Positions 13,248-26,149 are shown, numbered from the stretch's first letter. The stretch: DNA of 64,000 bases from Spirochaetia bacterium (GCA_034520965.1 JAXHMY010000001.1:1-64000); one strand, 5' to 3'. The notes: generated from the sequence alone by a model not told the origin. A program made the numbers and translations.

Positions 13248-14215
13248 GTGAGCGACAATATAGAAATTTCTGTACCTTTTCCTACTGATGAGGATGGCAT
13301 GCTTGGTCGTGAGTGTCTTGAATGCGAAGAATATTTCAAGATAAAGCCGGGAACTGGGCTCGAGACCACCTACTGTCATTGTCCTTATTGTGAGTATGAA
13401 GGAGAAGCAGATACATTTTGGACTCCCGAACAGATAGAATAGCGCACAAATGTCTTGCCTTGAACCAAGCCCGCTTCGAATAAGTTTCTAAAACCCTGTA
13501 ATTTAACGATGCTGAATAAGACTTTCCAGGGATGTGGAAACGGAGAGACTCGTGGCGGAAATGTTCGAAGCAAAATTCCGGGCAAGTAAAGAAAATCCTA
13601 ATTTACCTGTGAATTTTACCCTAGAAGAAACGAAGAAACTGACTGTTACATGCAATAACTGTGGTTTGGAATTCTCTGTTTATGGTGTTTTTGCGAGGTG
13701 TCCTGATTGTGCCAATATAAATGCCTTTACGGTATTTGAAAGATCGTTATCAGTCATACATAAAGAAGCTAGAACCATGGCAGAAAGCCAGTAAAATACC
13801 TGGAAGAACTGACGTACAGATTCATTGAAGTATGTTTTAACTGGAGCTCTTTGGATATTTGACGGATTGAGGATAAGGAATTACAAAAGCAGCATCCAGG
13901 TAAAATTCCCTCCAAAAAGTGAGAAACCTATTTCAAAGGCTGTTTTATACTTCGACGAAAGATGGATGGTGAGATTTCAAAGAATCATGAAAAATATAAT
14001 CAGCGAGTTCTCGAGATGTTTCAGTGTCTCCGGCAGTCTCGATACATAATATGGGAGTCATAGATGATGACTTCATAAAAAAGATGCCTCAATACAGTTC
14101 CTTTAGAGGTAAGAAATATAATCTAACATATTCGGAAGTACGTAATTTCTTATCAGATGTAAAGCAATTGGGAAACATTGTTCAGGGTTACTGTTCTAAT
14201 GGCAGTGTTGAATAA
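13248..14215 (+). CDS. Zn-ribbon plus HEPN-like protein, frameshifted
   Basis: GTG start after GGAGGG; CxxC pairs (ECLEC, CPYC, CNNC, CPDC); C-terminal HNMGVID resembling the RxxxxHNxG HEPN site. Confidence 0.5.
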
Positions 14216-14289
14216 AGAGAGCATACCGGATTCTTGGTTATAAGCTGGTCACTTATCTTGAGAGGACCCATTGCCATGAATGCTCACCT

Positions 14290-15435
14290 ACTTCATACTT
14301 CGGAAATTCCTCATTAAAGGGATTTGATTTCTCAAGATATCCTTCAGCCCATTCAATCCACAGGGCAAAATCTCCCTCAGGCTCTCCTTTGGTGGCAAAA
14401 TAGTGAGTTTTCACAGCGTTAACATACTCAGACAGCTCCTTATGATACAGCCATTTCTTATATCCAGCCTTCGACAGAGATATCCTGTTCCCCTCTTCGA
14501 GCCTCGCTGAACCTGATCCTCTCAGCCTGATTTTCTTGTTCTATCCGCCTCTCCTCTTCTCGCTTCTTACAATAAGCGACATATTCTTTCTTCCAGGCGG
14601 CACGCGCAGATCTGGTCCGGATGGTAATCATCTTCGAGTCTGTCTTTCAACTTTCTTACTTTACTATCTGACCAAGGATTTACGATCACATACCATATAA
14701 TAAAGATCGTGTTTGATCTCAAGCTTCGACGCCCCGGAAGGGACGTATTCATAATTGCCGTGATAATAGTACTTCTTCTATCTTTTGCTCGGGTTTTGGT
14801 TGGCTCCTTGATGATTCCGAATATCCTGATAGTAACATCCTCATCCATGACACGAAATGAAGCTCCACTCTTAGACTTTACAACCTCAGTCTCAAGGTTT
14901 TCCATAGCTGAACATATTGTCTGTAGGATTATGGTTGTTCGATCAAAGCCTCCCTCTCCAATATTGAGGTCAAAAGCATCTTCCCCTGAAACGTGAAATT
15001 GGCCGCAGCTGCCGTCTTTCAGTCCCTTTTAAATACCTCCCCTTTCCAACAGCTTTTTCCGGATTTTCAGTACGTAAGGATGCAAGTTTTCGAAGTCAGC
15101 AGATAAAACCAACTTCTCAACCGTGTTAATGATCCTGTGTGCCCCTTCAAAACTCCCGGGACCAATCGGGGCTTTTCTTCCCCTGCATCAGAAGTAGGAG
15201 ACTTTCGTATTAACATTTTTGGAGCATTATCATAAGGGTACATTTTCGCATCCGGAGGCGCCTTCCCGACAGATCTGCTTAGCCCAATACCCGAGGGAGG
15301 GTTTAAGGTACTTTTAACTTCTGCACGTTTTACGCAAAGCGCAACATCGGAAACACCGTATCGTTTGGATACTTCCACCATTGGAGCTTCCCAGACTTCT
15401 TTATAGAGTTTTTCTCTGTCGTAGTACTCAGCCAT
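14290..15435 (-). CDS. Hypothetical DNA-binding protein, frameshifted
   Basis: N-terminal REKLYKEVWEAPMVEVSKRYGVSDVAL HTH-like segment; continues through ORF 14567-14905. Confidence 0.5.
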
Positions 15436-15800
15436 GAGCTCTTTACCCGCTGATCTTGGGCTAGCCACTGCTCCAGTTCTGAGACTTTGAAAAGTGTTCG
15501 GCTACCCAGTTTGAAATGGGGAACGCGGCTAGTCTGGAGGTATATTTGTGGGGAGTTTGTTTAAGTAGGTTGAGGAACTCAGCTGCCTCCTTCATATCCA
15601 TATTAATCTCTCTTTGGTTTATCTGGTTTTTTTACTCGTAGTTGAAGACGGACTCTTCTGTGGGATGGGACCGAGTTTGCTGGGCATGACTCCCGATTTC
15701 AGAACCTTTGTGCTAGTGATTGAACTGTATTATAGAAATGATCATGCGTCACCTGTTGCACCAGGTAATGGTCATCTCCATTTTGTATTCATTCATAAGT
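15430..15800 (-). CDS. Excisionase-like HTH protein, frameshifted
   Basis: MDMKEAAEFLNL...RVPHFKLGSRTLFKVSELEQW read manually on the minus strand. Confidence 0.55.
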
Positions 15801-16095
15801 GGCTCCTAACAATGGAATGATCAAATTTTATATCATTCCGGAATCAGGGGCAAATGTGTTTAGGGTGATTGTCACACCGGTAGAATTGATTTGGCTATAT
15901 ATAGTGTTCTATTTGTTGTATATGTTGAATCGACTCAATATATGGTGTGATTTTTTTCTTGACTTGCAGTTAAGGTGACAAGTATCTTAAATTCAAAGTG
16001 TAAAAACAAAGTTCAGTTCTATATTATTAAAAAGAAATCTTAACTTTGTTAATTCTCATCGTTTCTTTAATCTATCAGTTTAAGGGGGAAGTCTC

Positions 16096-17146
16096 GTGTT
16101 TGATTATAGTTATGAGATCGAGAAATTCTCGGATGAAAAAATGTAGGTTAAACCAAACTGCATTCAAAGAATAAAGCTTTTTAATCATAGAAAAGCCAAT
16201 AGAGATCGGCTTATATCCAGATTGCCAAATAAAATTGAAGGCCTTACCATTAGCGATTCATCCTTCAAACCACAAGGTTCAATGGCTATGAGAACTATAA
16301 TCCAAACTAAGTTCAGTGATGATGAGTATGATCATTGATGCCGGTCTCATGACTCAAGATGAACTCATGGATGACGGAGGAAACGAATTAAGTACCAAAG
16401 AGATAAGAAATATTGTACTTGATGCTCTCAAGGATGACAGATTTGTTAAACGTCCAAAACTTTTTACAAATTGCGTTCGTGTATACTATTCAGAAACTGA
16501 TGAGGAAAAGCATCATGTAGATTTTCCAATATATCGTAGTTTTGAAAATGGTGACGGCCTAACCAGAGAATTAGGTGAATGACAGATTACTGGATTGAAT
16601 CGAGCCCCACCCAGATAAATAGCTGGTTTGAGGACGAGGTCAGTTCACGAAATGCTGACGAGGATGGAAAAGGAAATCAATTAAGGAAATTGATTCAACT
16701 GCTGAAGCGATTTGCTAATAGTAGGCAAGATTGGGACTTGCCTAATGGACTTAAACTCACGATGCTTGCAGATGAATGTCAAAATAGCAATTTCGTTAGG
16801 ATTGATGAAGCATTTCGAGAGCTTTTACAAAATATTGAGGATCGTCTCGAAGGCAACAAAGTTATTAAAAATTTAGCACATCCGTGATAAACCAAATATT
16901 ACTGGTGCATTATCTGATTCGAATGTCGAAAATTTACTTGATAAAACTTCAATGGCACTGGATAAGCTTAGAGAGCTTGATGATGAAAACTGTGACCGAG
17001 AAAAAGCAAAAAAGGTTTGGGATTGGATATTTAAGTCTGATGGTTTCTTTGATTCTATAACTGATAGTAATCAAAAAGAAAACAGCTTTGCGAATCATAC
17101 CCCGAATAAAGTTGTAGACCATAAGGGGGGAGGGCGATTTGGCTGA
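16096..17146 (+). CDS. CBASS cGAS/DncV-like nucleotidyltransferase (CD-NTase), frameshifted
   Basis: GTG after AAGGGGGA; KPQGSMAMRT..DDEYD(I)D catalytic motif, HHVDFPIY; C-terminus GGGRFG* as in Cap2-conjugated CD-NTases; operon context. Confidence 0.85.
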
Positions 17147-18935
17147 TTCTCTCAGTTTGATAAGCATTCAGAGAACAGCTGCCCTCACTCGTGTTAAGGA
17201 ATATTTTTCTGCTCAAGGTGATTTCGAGCTACAATCTATAGATAGTGAAATTGGGGAGAAATTTAAAGGATGTGAGATTTGGAAGGGCTGCGTAATATCA
17301 GATGAACAATCATGGCCTATATACATAATATTTGGTAAAAATTTCCCAATTGAGCCGCCGGTTGTATATTCCCCAAAAGCTGAGAGTTTGTATTTAGAAA
17401 ATCCTCATGTTTTGGAAGGTGGTTTTCTTTTGTGCTTCTTTTCTGCCATTCCGCCCAGTGTTGCTAAATACAGTTAACATTGAGGATTGACTTAGCCATA
17501 TTCCTCTATCCTGTGCAGTAGAATTTTAGGTGGAACATCAGAGATGCTGATCTTCATGAAGAGTTTTCATCTGATTGGAACAAGAAAGTAAGTTCTACTG
17601 ATAAAGAGTTCTTAATTGTTTCATCGCCGGAAGTGTTGAAAAATACTTTTCATGTGTTTTGGGGTGAAAAGTTAACTCTCATATCGGAAGACGAGGTCTC
17701 TCTGAATCAATGGTGTAATAATCTATTTGAAAATGCAAGTAATTTTAATCTTTCGCAAGATGGGATCTGCTTAAATATCGATTCACCATTAATTCCATCA
17801 GAATATCCGACGAATTGTTACGATTTACTTGAATTGGCGAGAACCAGAGACAAGACTGCTTATAATTTGAGTTCTGGCGAAAACTCGTGTAATCAGTCAA
17901 ACCGGGATTGATATTGCTGAGTACAGAAGAACTACTACTGGTTTCTTCTCTTGGTCGTGCAGAGATTCACAGCTTCCCGGTTTGAGACGGTATACAAAGT
18001 TTCAACAAGGGATTTCGAAGGGGACAAACACCAATAAATGTTCTTATAAGACAGCAGGTATATGAAATTCTAAAAGAATCTATCGTTTATAGATATAAAG
18101 TTAAACGAACAGATTATGACTGGATACACTCAAGAGGTGGTGATGGACGTAATTATGCGGATAAATCTGTAGTCCTTATTGGCTGTGGTTCCGTGGGAGG
18201 ATATATTGCCCATACTATTGCAAAATCAGGTGTTGGTAAATTGCTACTCATCGATAAAGAAGCATTAGTAGTGGGGCGGATGTTGGCCGTCATATCTTAG
18301 GTGCTCAATATATTGGATTTGCTATACAAAAGCAGAAGCATTAGAGGAAAGATATGAAAAGAAATGCCGCACCTTAAGATTGAAGCAAATCAGGGCAATT
18401 GGTTAGACCTATATGACAACGATAACAGTCTTTTTGAAGGATATGATGCAATAGTTGTCTCTATAGCAGATTGGAAATATGAGAAGTATCTAAACAGTCT
18501 TGTTCTGAAACATGAACTCTCATCGGTTATTTTTACATGGTTGGAGCCATACGCTGTAGCCGGTCATAGTTTCATTACTTCAGGTAATGGTTGTTTGAAT
18601 TGTTATATGAACACGCACGGTCAGTTTTTTCACGCAGTGTCGGAATTTCACTCGAGGGGGCACTAAGAAGAGAGCCAGGAGGTTGTACTTTTTATCAGCC
18701 TTATGGACCTACAGCACTTCTTACTACAGTTACCATGACCTGTAAAATCTTGCTTAAACATTTGCTTAACCCTATTGATTCCTACTTATTCAGTTGGATA
18801 AGTGATGAAGAACACTTTAGGAATGTAGGTGCTCGAATAAATTCAGAATGGACTGATTTGATTGCGGAAAGGGGATATTCAAGATTATACGAGCGTATCT
18901 TAGTAAAAAGTAATTGTGAGATTTGTTCAAAATGA
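17139..18935 (+). CDS. cap2: CBASS Cap2 (E2 + ThiF/E1), frameshifted
   Basis: FPIEPPVVY..NPHV (E2-like); IGCGSVGG..AKSGVGKLLLIDKE; GRHILG; GCLNC; EPGGC; NCEIC. Confidence 0.88.
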
Positions 18936-19423
18936 TGAAATACCCAATACCATGCTCAAATCAATATTTAACTATCTCACCTGATAATCGTAAGAAAACT
19001 ATTAAAATATATTCAAAATAAAAATCAACCAGAAAAAGGTGGATTACTATTTGCAGAATTTAAACTTCCTGAAATCCATATAGCTGATGTTTCGCATCCA
19101 TTTAGGAATGATATTCAAAGAGTATTTTCTTTTATTCCAGATCAGAAGCATCAGCAATACGAAATAATGAAGAAATTTAATAAAGGATTACATTTTGTCG
19201 GTGAGTGGCATACCCATCCTCAACAAAATCCAGAACCATCCATTTTAGCATATAAACTCAATGCAAGATTGTTTTCTCTAAATCCGATCATGAGCTGAAT
19301 TATTTCATCATGATCATCCTCGGTAATACAGATAAATTTAAAAATACTTGGATTAGTATTCATAATGAAGAAACATATATAAAACTTGAACTTGAAATAT
19401 CACATGAGGTAGGTAGAGCATGA
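18932..19423 (+). CDS. cap3: CBASS Cap3 JAB/MPN isopeptidase, frameshifted
   Basis: EKGGLLF and FVGEWHTHPQQNPEPS JAB motif; overlaps the cap2 stop. Confidence 0.88.
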
Positions 19424-20282
19424 CAAAAAAAGATTTATCTGCAATGTTTAACGGTTTACAACAGCAGATGGTTTCCCAGCTGAACGCAAATCGAGGAGTC
19501 TTATATCTCATCCTGAAGCTGAAGAGGTGAGTTAGCTTGGAGAATGCCTGGATTGACTGGCTCAGGACTTATTTGCCGCAGCCGTCACACCTCTGATAGA
19601 ATAGAAGCAAATAGTCATTGATTCTGAAGGTGATACGAGTCATCAAATTGATGTTGTAATTGATGACGAGGCGTGCGTTTACACCATTTATGTTTTCAGC
19701 AAAATCGGATTCCGCTGTACTCCCTGCCGAAGGAGTATATGCGGTTTTTGAAGTTAAGCCTGATATAAAGGGTAGTTGTGAGGGTAAGAATTACATTGAA
19801 TATGCAGGAGACAAAATAGAGAGTGTTCGAAAGTTGAAAAGAACTACTACAACCATGATAAATAGTGGAAAAAAATGTGATGCTCGGCCTCTTACAAAGA
19901 TAATTGGTGGTATTCTGACAAGTACTAATAGTTTCAGCCATGAAAATAACGATACAAATAGGTAGAAGCACACTGAAGAACCTACTCAGGATTCAAAAGG
20001 TGATTGATATTGGGTGTATTGCTGACTATGGAAGTTTTTATGTCGATTATCAAGGTGAAGAAGATACAGAATCAAAGGATTTTGATAATAGATATTTAAA
20101 TTACTACAACGAACGAAAATTTAATAAAATTGTATTTAGCAGGTCAGATATATCAGTTGTAAGTTTCTTTCTTCAAGCTAGCTGACTGATATTTACAGCA
20201 AGCTATTGGAACAATCCAAGCGATTGATCTAAAATGTTTATTCCATGAAGCATTGATTTTCAAATTTGATCAGGAAATATGA
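19420..20282 (+). CDS. nucC: NucC-family cyclic-oligonucleotide-activated endonuclease, frameshifted
   Basis: ENAWIDWLRTYLP, VIDSEGDTSHQIDVVI, PAEGVYAVFEVKP, YAGDKIESVRKLKRT, IIGGIL motifs. Confidence 0.85.
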
Positions 20283-20391
20283 CAATCTTCTAGACATACT
20301 TTAAAGAGCGTAAAATTTTCTAATTCGAAGCAATGGGGAGACGTCAGTCGATCCATTTTGATTTTGAAATCGGTATTGAATAAAGCTGCTC

Positions 20392-20730
20392 TTAGTTCCG
20401 TCCCATCTTGAATACCATATTACCAGTACTCATTTGCCGATAGACGGCATACGTAAGCGCGAAATCGTGGTTAGAACGATAAGGTGGCAGCATTATCAGC
20501 ATCAGTCGCCACCATGGTTTGTCTTTTTCACTTTCTAAGAGTGATAGAGTATCTGGATTCTGATAGGCGCTGCTTACCATAGCATCTCGCTGGTTCAGAT
20601 ATAAATCGATTAACGGTTCCAATACACGTTCAGGATCACTCAGATTACCGTCTGTAGTGAGGGCAGCTGTTTCTCGATAGAATGATTCCAGCACGAATGG
20701 GTTGGCGATCATATCTTCATTAATCATCAT
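20392..20730 (-). CDS. Hypothetical protein
   Basis: 112-aa ORF collinear with the upstream minus-strand cluster. Confidence 0.4.
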   Translation of the reverse strand: MMINEDMIANPFVLESFYRETAALTTDGNLSDPERVLEPLIDLYLNQRDAMVSSAYQNPDTLSLLESEKDKPWWRLMLIMLPPYRSNHDFALTYAVYRQMSTGNMVFKMGRN

Positions 20731-20759
20731 AAAATAAAATGTACGGCTAACTCTCCTGA

Positions 20760-21461
20760 AAAGTTTTAATCTTTTAAACTCTACAAAACCCCAACGAAAT
20801 CTACAATCCTCTGCCTTTCCTTACACCCCTCTTTATGCTCCAAAGGAGGAGAGTTATAGATCTCTACAGCCCTTCGCATTAGAGAGTGTACACCCTCCCT
20901 CTCTAACGTGAGAGTCTTAGACTCAAAGAGCATTGTAAACCCGTTTTCAGCAATGTAGTATCCAACATTGGAAGTCTTTATTCCGGTAAAGGGGCTCAGA
21001 TAATAGACGAATATGAGGTCTGAAACTGGGATTCATACCATTGTGTTCTGCTATCAAAGCACAGCCGTTCAACTGTACCCTGTAAAGAGGCAACACTCAT
21101 CCTGACCATTCGATATACCGGGCAGTCTTATAAGTGTATGATTCATAGGAGCCATCATCTTTCTTGTATCACAGAATCAGGTACTCCGAGTCAGCAGGAC
21201 TTCCGTCTCTTCATCAAGATGCTGAAACTGCTGAATAGAAGGAACTTTTACCGGCCGCCCCTGTATACCCAACCATGGAGGTACAATCCCATGCCTATTG
21301 TAGTATTCATCGGTAATCTTCTTTGAATAGCTGTCTATCGAGCTGAATATGCCCGGAAAGACTTGATATGGTAATTTGAAAGACAGTTGTATCTTTATCT
21401 GAAAACATCTCTCACAACTATCCAGTGCCAAATCTCCAAGATGCTTTGCCGATATTCTCAT
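20760..21461 (-). CDS. PD-(D/E)XK nuclease-like protein, frameshifted
   Basis: N-terminal SCERCF, GVPD..., (D)YKTAR and VQLNG motifs of RecB/Cas4-like nucleases; 3' end approximate. Confidence 0.6.
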
Positions 21462-21929
21462 AATAGCCCTTTCTCCAAAAAGCTGTAGTAGCCGTCTTTT
21501 GTAAATATGATGTGGTCCAGTAGAGAGATTCCAATGACTGTGCCTGCCTCATGAAGTCTTTGAGTAATCTCCTTATCCTCTTCTGAAGGTTCTACATTCC
21601 CCGATGGATGGTTGTGAGCGATTATGATAGCCACTGCATTCTGACTGATTGCCTTCCTATAGACTTCTCTTGGGTGGATAATCGTTCTATTTACCAAGCC
21701 TCTACTGATCACATTTCTCTTTATAGGTACATGCGCTCCATCTAAGGTGATGGCGAGAAAGTATTCCTGCTTCCTCTTTGAGTAGGCTCTCAACCAAAGG
21801 AAGAATATCAGCAGGATATCTTACCCTCTGTACCTTCTCTTTACTTCGCCTCAGATACTCCATTCCCAATACATAGGGACTGTATTCTGATTGCTCCATC
21901 AGTTGGAGCAACTCTTGATATCTGAACAT
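21458..21929 (-). CDS. radC: RadC-family JAB protein, one frameshift
   Basis: QEYFLAITLDGA, HPREVYRKAI, AHNHPSGNVEPSEED, LLDHII. Confidence 0.9.
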
Positions 21930-21932
21930 CCT

Positions 21933-22220
21933 TTAGGCTGATACTTTCCATGGTTTCAGCTCCACATGTTCTGCGATAAGGATGATTTTCTCATTTTGTT
22001 TCAGCCGCCCTACTACTCTTACACCCCTCTCCTTTCTCAGTTCAGGAGATAAATGTTCAGCAGCCTTTCCAAAATAGTGAACTTCAATCTCATTCCTCTC
22101 GATGTTAGTCTCTCCCTCATAGGTATACCTTCGTATATTCTCTACGGTGAAAATACAGAGACCATCAGAGTAGTCTGTTTCTGTAACATTGCCTTCGATG
22201 ATTACTGAGTTGAGTTGCAT
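21933..22220 (-). CDS. ssb: Single-stranded DNA-binding protein (short, no acidic tail)
   Basis: LNSVIIEGNV..., VRVVGRLKQ, IAEHVE OB-fold motifs. Confidence 0.8.
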   Translation of the reverse strand: MQLNSVIIEGNVTETDYSDGLCIFTVENIRRYTYEGETNIERNEIEVHYFGKAAEHLSPELRKERGVRVVGRLKQNEKIILIAEHVELKPWKVSA

Positions 22221-22590
22221 TTAGTCCTCCTCCGAGGTCATGATGGTGATTACAGGCTCTCCCTCATCTCCAGGACCAGCAATAGCCTTCAATTTGATTT
22301 CTTCCAAACTATCAGATCTCCATTAGAAATGAGACTTTGAAAAGGACAATTGTCCCAAATGAATTTTGAGCCTTCAGTCTTAGTACATTCAGTACATCCC
22401 AAAGCCGTCCAATATCAGATTGTCCGTCAAGATTCTTCTTTGGTTTGATGTAAGTGTTATAGAGAGTAGAGGTAAGAGCTACAGGCCATTTGTAGCCTGC
22501 TTGTCGAGCTAAATTGGTATACGTCTATTAAGACTCCATCTTCAATCGCCTGTCCGTCAGTGTATAGGTATATATAACATCCCATTGCAT
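22221..22590 (-). CDS. DUF6573-like protein, one frameshift
   Basis: YT.GQAIEDGVLIDV, GQSDIGRLWDVL, GPGDEGEPVITIM motifs read manually. Confidence 0.7.
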
Positions 22591-22687
22591 ATTGTTATTA
22601 TATCCAATGGGTGGGATCTCTAAAAATAATTGACACCTTATATTCTTTCAACTATGCTGTAACCACATTTTTTTGAAGGAGTTTTCT

Positions 22688-23173
22688 ATGTCTCGTTTTA
22701 CTGTACTTTTTGAATTATTCTCGTTATACGATGATAAAGATCTAAATCGGAGTGAATGTCTACAAGACTTCTATAAGGGAAATAATGTTGAAGAGGTCTT
22801 CCAAGAAATTGAAGATGGTGAAGAATTTGATGATTCCGAAATAATTGATTTTGACCATTCAGATCAATTGCGTGAAACAGGTCGTGATATAATCTATATC
22901 AAGGACGAGAAAGATATTATTGTTTATAGTAGAGAAAGTAATAGAGTCACAATTAATCTATCCACAGATCTTGAAGTGATTTTAGATGAAAAGGATGTTT
23001 CAGATGAAGAACTAACACGTTTAAGCAATTTACCTGATAGTGAAAAGAGGAACGAACTTAAACCATATATTTCATCTGTAGTCGAAAGTTTTGAACAAGA
23101 ATTTGAGAAATACTTTGGCAAACTATCAGACTATTCTTCAGATGATGAATTCAGAGAATATACTCATATTTAG
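22688..23173 (+). CDS. Highly acidic hypothetical protein
   Basis: Intact ORF with AAGGAG RBS; roughly a quarter of residues are D/E by manual count. Confidence 0.7.
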   Translation: MSRFTVLFELFSLYDDKDLNRSECLQDFYKGNNVEEVFQEIEDGEEFDDSEIIDFDHSDQLRETGRDIIYIKDEKDIIVYSRESNRVTINLSTDLEVILDEKDVSDEELTRLSNLPDSEKRNELKPYISSVVESFEQEFEKYFGKLSDYSSDDEFREYTHI

Positions 23174-24564
23174 AACTTATACTTAAATATAAACTTGACA
23201 AAGATATTGAAGTTGGTAAGTTAGATTACATGATAGAAAATTTTTCCAAAACTTTGATGGTAATATTATTATGTATGACTATAGAAATAAATACTATGTT
23301 AACTACCAAGACGGTGATATTAGTAGTGGCGGTTATCTTTCAATTTGAAGTACAATGGAGATGGTAATAGATTGTAATAATTCTATGGTCATCAAAGAAT
23401 ATAAACGTGCAAATTTGCTCGATGATTATTTTTCAAGACTTAAGAGAATTAAACAAATTTGATAGTTTTTGATCTGCTTACACCAACTTCTTTCACAGTC
23501 GATAGTGTAACAGCTTTTTACTATCAATAGTATATTATTAATAAGCGATTACCTTCTGACACTAAAGCAATCTATCATTTATTACTTACATTTGCTAAAG
23601 AATATGATGTAGTTTCAGTAGTATGGTTTTCGTTCACGGAGACATCAACAAAAAGAAATGTATTATACGATGGAAAAGCTTTTACTCTGTGACCTCGAAC
23701 CATCATTAAGACAAATAAGAAACAATAGAACCATGTTAATGTACACACCGCCATATGTTTCTAAAATGATTTTCGATCTGGCGTTTTATCTTCTGATACT
23801 GACAAAATTGGCTCCTACTTCTTGTGTCATAGAACTGACTTGGATTTAAAGTACAGAGTTTGACGTCAAAATAATAATGGGCATTAGAAACGCCTATATA
23901 GAGACAATAAGATAGCAGAATCGGGTATAGCATACTTCCATTTCCTGAAGAAGACTGACCTGATATGAGTTTTAGAGGTGATTGGATTTTGCTGCCAATC
24001 AACAGAATATTATTCAACAAACCCTTCCGACAGAGACTCAGCCTCTTCCTCAACTTCCTTCGCTCTTCAACTACACGAGCATCCTTCTACTTACCGTAGA
24101 TTTCTATATACCGATCTCTTATACGAGTAAACTCTGATGAGTGGTATAACTCCTCCATCCATTGAAGATCAGAGTCTGTGATAGCCTCTTTCACCTCATC
24201 AAAGATGTAGTGTCCACATACTCCAGTTCTTCAGTACTTATCCCATGCCATATATCATACCTCTCAATCTCATATCCGAGAAGATGGGGTATTATGTAAA
24301 GATTCGAGACATGAACTTCTGCCAAGTCACAATACTTCGCTTCTTTGTCTTTCCCCATGTAAACCTTAGCGAAGTTATAAAATGGTTCATTAACTCCTTC
24401 TGTATCTTCGCTAAAGTATTTCCGCTTTTTACTTCAAATCAGACGAGGTATAAAAACTTTCTGTCCGCACCCCAAATCAGGAAATTTTTCCAGCGGGGAA
24501 CAAGATATTAGTAGGGCTGTAAGACAGTGTAAAAATACGGTTATATCAAGGAAATTCTCACTGC

Positions 24565-24985
24565 TTTATTAGCTCAATAGGACCTATAGTAACTCCACTC
24601 GTAGCGATAGAGTAGTCCACTGCTGTTGTTGATGTTTTTTCGAACTTATACACAGAGGTATACACAGTGCCATCGCTTTCTATCTCAACTGTAGCCTCAT
24701 ACAGTGAATCGGTTATATTCTCAGATACGTCAGCCTCTTGACAAGCTTCCCTGCAATCCTGACGGCCGCAAGTAGAAGATTCAAAAGTTATATTGTCGGA
24801 TTCAAACGTGTATGAATTTCGGGATCATAGGCATCTTGCCACGTACCAATAATCCAAGATGGTGGCAAAAATAATGCGCCAGTAGTGGTATCATCCGGGT
24901 CATTACCAGCATCACTACACCCGGCAAAAGCGAACACCAAAACGGCTATAACCACTGCACTTACTAATAAAACATTTTTTCTCAT
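24565..24985 (-). CDS. Putative lipoprotein, frameshifted
   Basis: MRKNVLLVSAVVIAVLVFAFAGC lipobox; AAGGAG RBS. Confidence 0.55.
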
Positions 24986-25099
24986 TTCTTACTTCTCCTT
25001 ATTAAAAAAACAGAGTTATCTATATCTTCAGTATAACCCATTAATCCTACCCTTTTCATTAAGCCCGGTCCTCATACCTGGCGTTTCTAATTGATCTTC

Positions 25100-25479
25100 A
25101 CTTTTTACCAAACTAGCAATGGTGACGAAAATTGAATTCTCCATCTAATGGATTGAATAGTAACAAATCGATTGAACCATCTTGATATAAGATTTTAATG
25201 GCATGTTTGTATTCATCTATCAAGGGCAAAATCATCACCTGAATAATTTTTGTAGAATCCTCTGGTAATCATTTCTTGGTCTTCTTTCGATAATAGCTTG
25301 AAAATTCCATCATTTGTAAATTGAAAGATTTGGGTAATCTCATATTCATTGATAGCAGGGGGATAAGTTTTTTCGATATAATGTGTGCTGTACGTTCCCA
25401 CATTCCCCTTCAAGGTTATCCTGGGCAGACACGACGTTATTACCTGAAAACACAATACGAACAGTATTAATCGCTTCAT
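25100..25479 (-). CDS. Putative lipoprotein
   Basis: MKRLILFVLCFQVITSC; AAGGAG RBS; 3' end uncertain. Confidence 0.5.
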
Positions 25480-26149
25480 AAATCTCCTTTTTCACGCAAT
25501 AATTTTTTATTTCTTACTTTTCAACCCTTAATTGATTAAAAAAAATATTGAAAAATGTTCTATCCGGTATCCTATGTTTTTCTGTATAAACGCTTTGAAA
25601 TATTTTTTGTATAATCTCTATCACCATTTTAGGGTTCTTAACTATTGCCTTTTTCAATTGGTTTAGCATTTGTACCTTGTATCTGCTTATTTCTACTCCA
25701 TTACTATTATAAAGACATTATTGACACACGCAAGGGTAGAATATAGAAATCTGCGCAAACGATTTCAAACATCCTGCACTCCTGCAATATTCTATAATTT
25801 TTCCAATAGTTCCTTCTGTATCTCCTCTACAGTAGAATCTACCTTCCGTTACCATATATCTTCCATCAGACCGTACGGTTCAATCAACTCCTCCAATCTC
25901 TTTATAAGCAATCTCTTAATCTCTGACATATTGTAACATACGAGAGAGAAAAACTTTCTGTCAGCCTATGTAATTCGGTATCGGGGTGTTTAGTTTAGAT
26001 TCGTAAACTTCTCCTGGCGGGGAACATTATTCTTCAGGTCTGAGCGATATTTAATCCTGCGTACCACCCCGTATAGAATCAGTACTACTCACTACTTTGA
26101 TCTGATTAAATCTATAATAGCCTCTAGAACCCAAACGCATCACCGACTT

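Noticed and set aside
6437..20282. Programmed frameshifting or phase variation in R-M and CBASS genes
   Set aside because: Indels are too many and scattered, not at consistent slippery or repeat tracts; sequencing error is more parsimonious.
25982..26072. tRNA-Pro-like cloverleaf (CGGGGTG...CACCCCG)
   Set aside because: No valid T arm, wrong anticodon loop size and wrong spacing; at most a degenerate structure.
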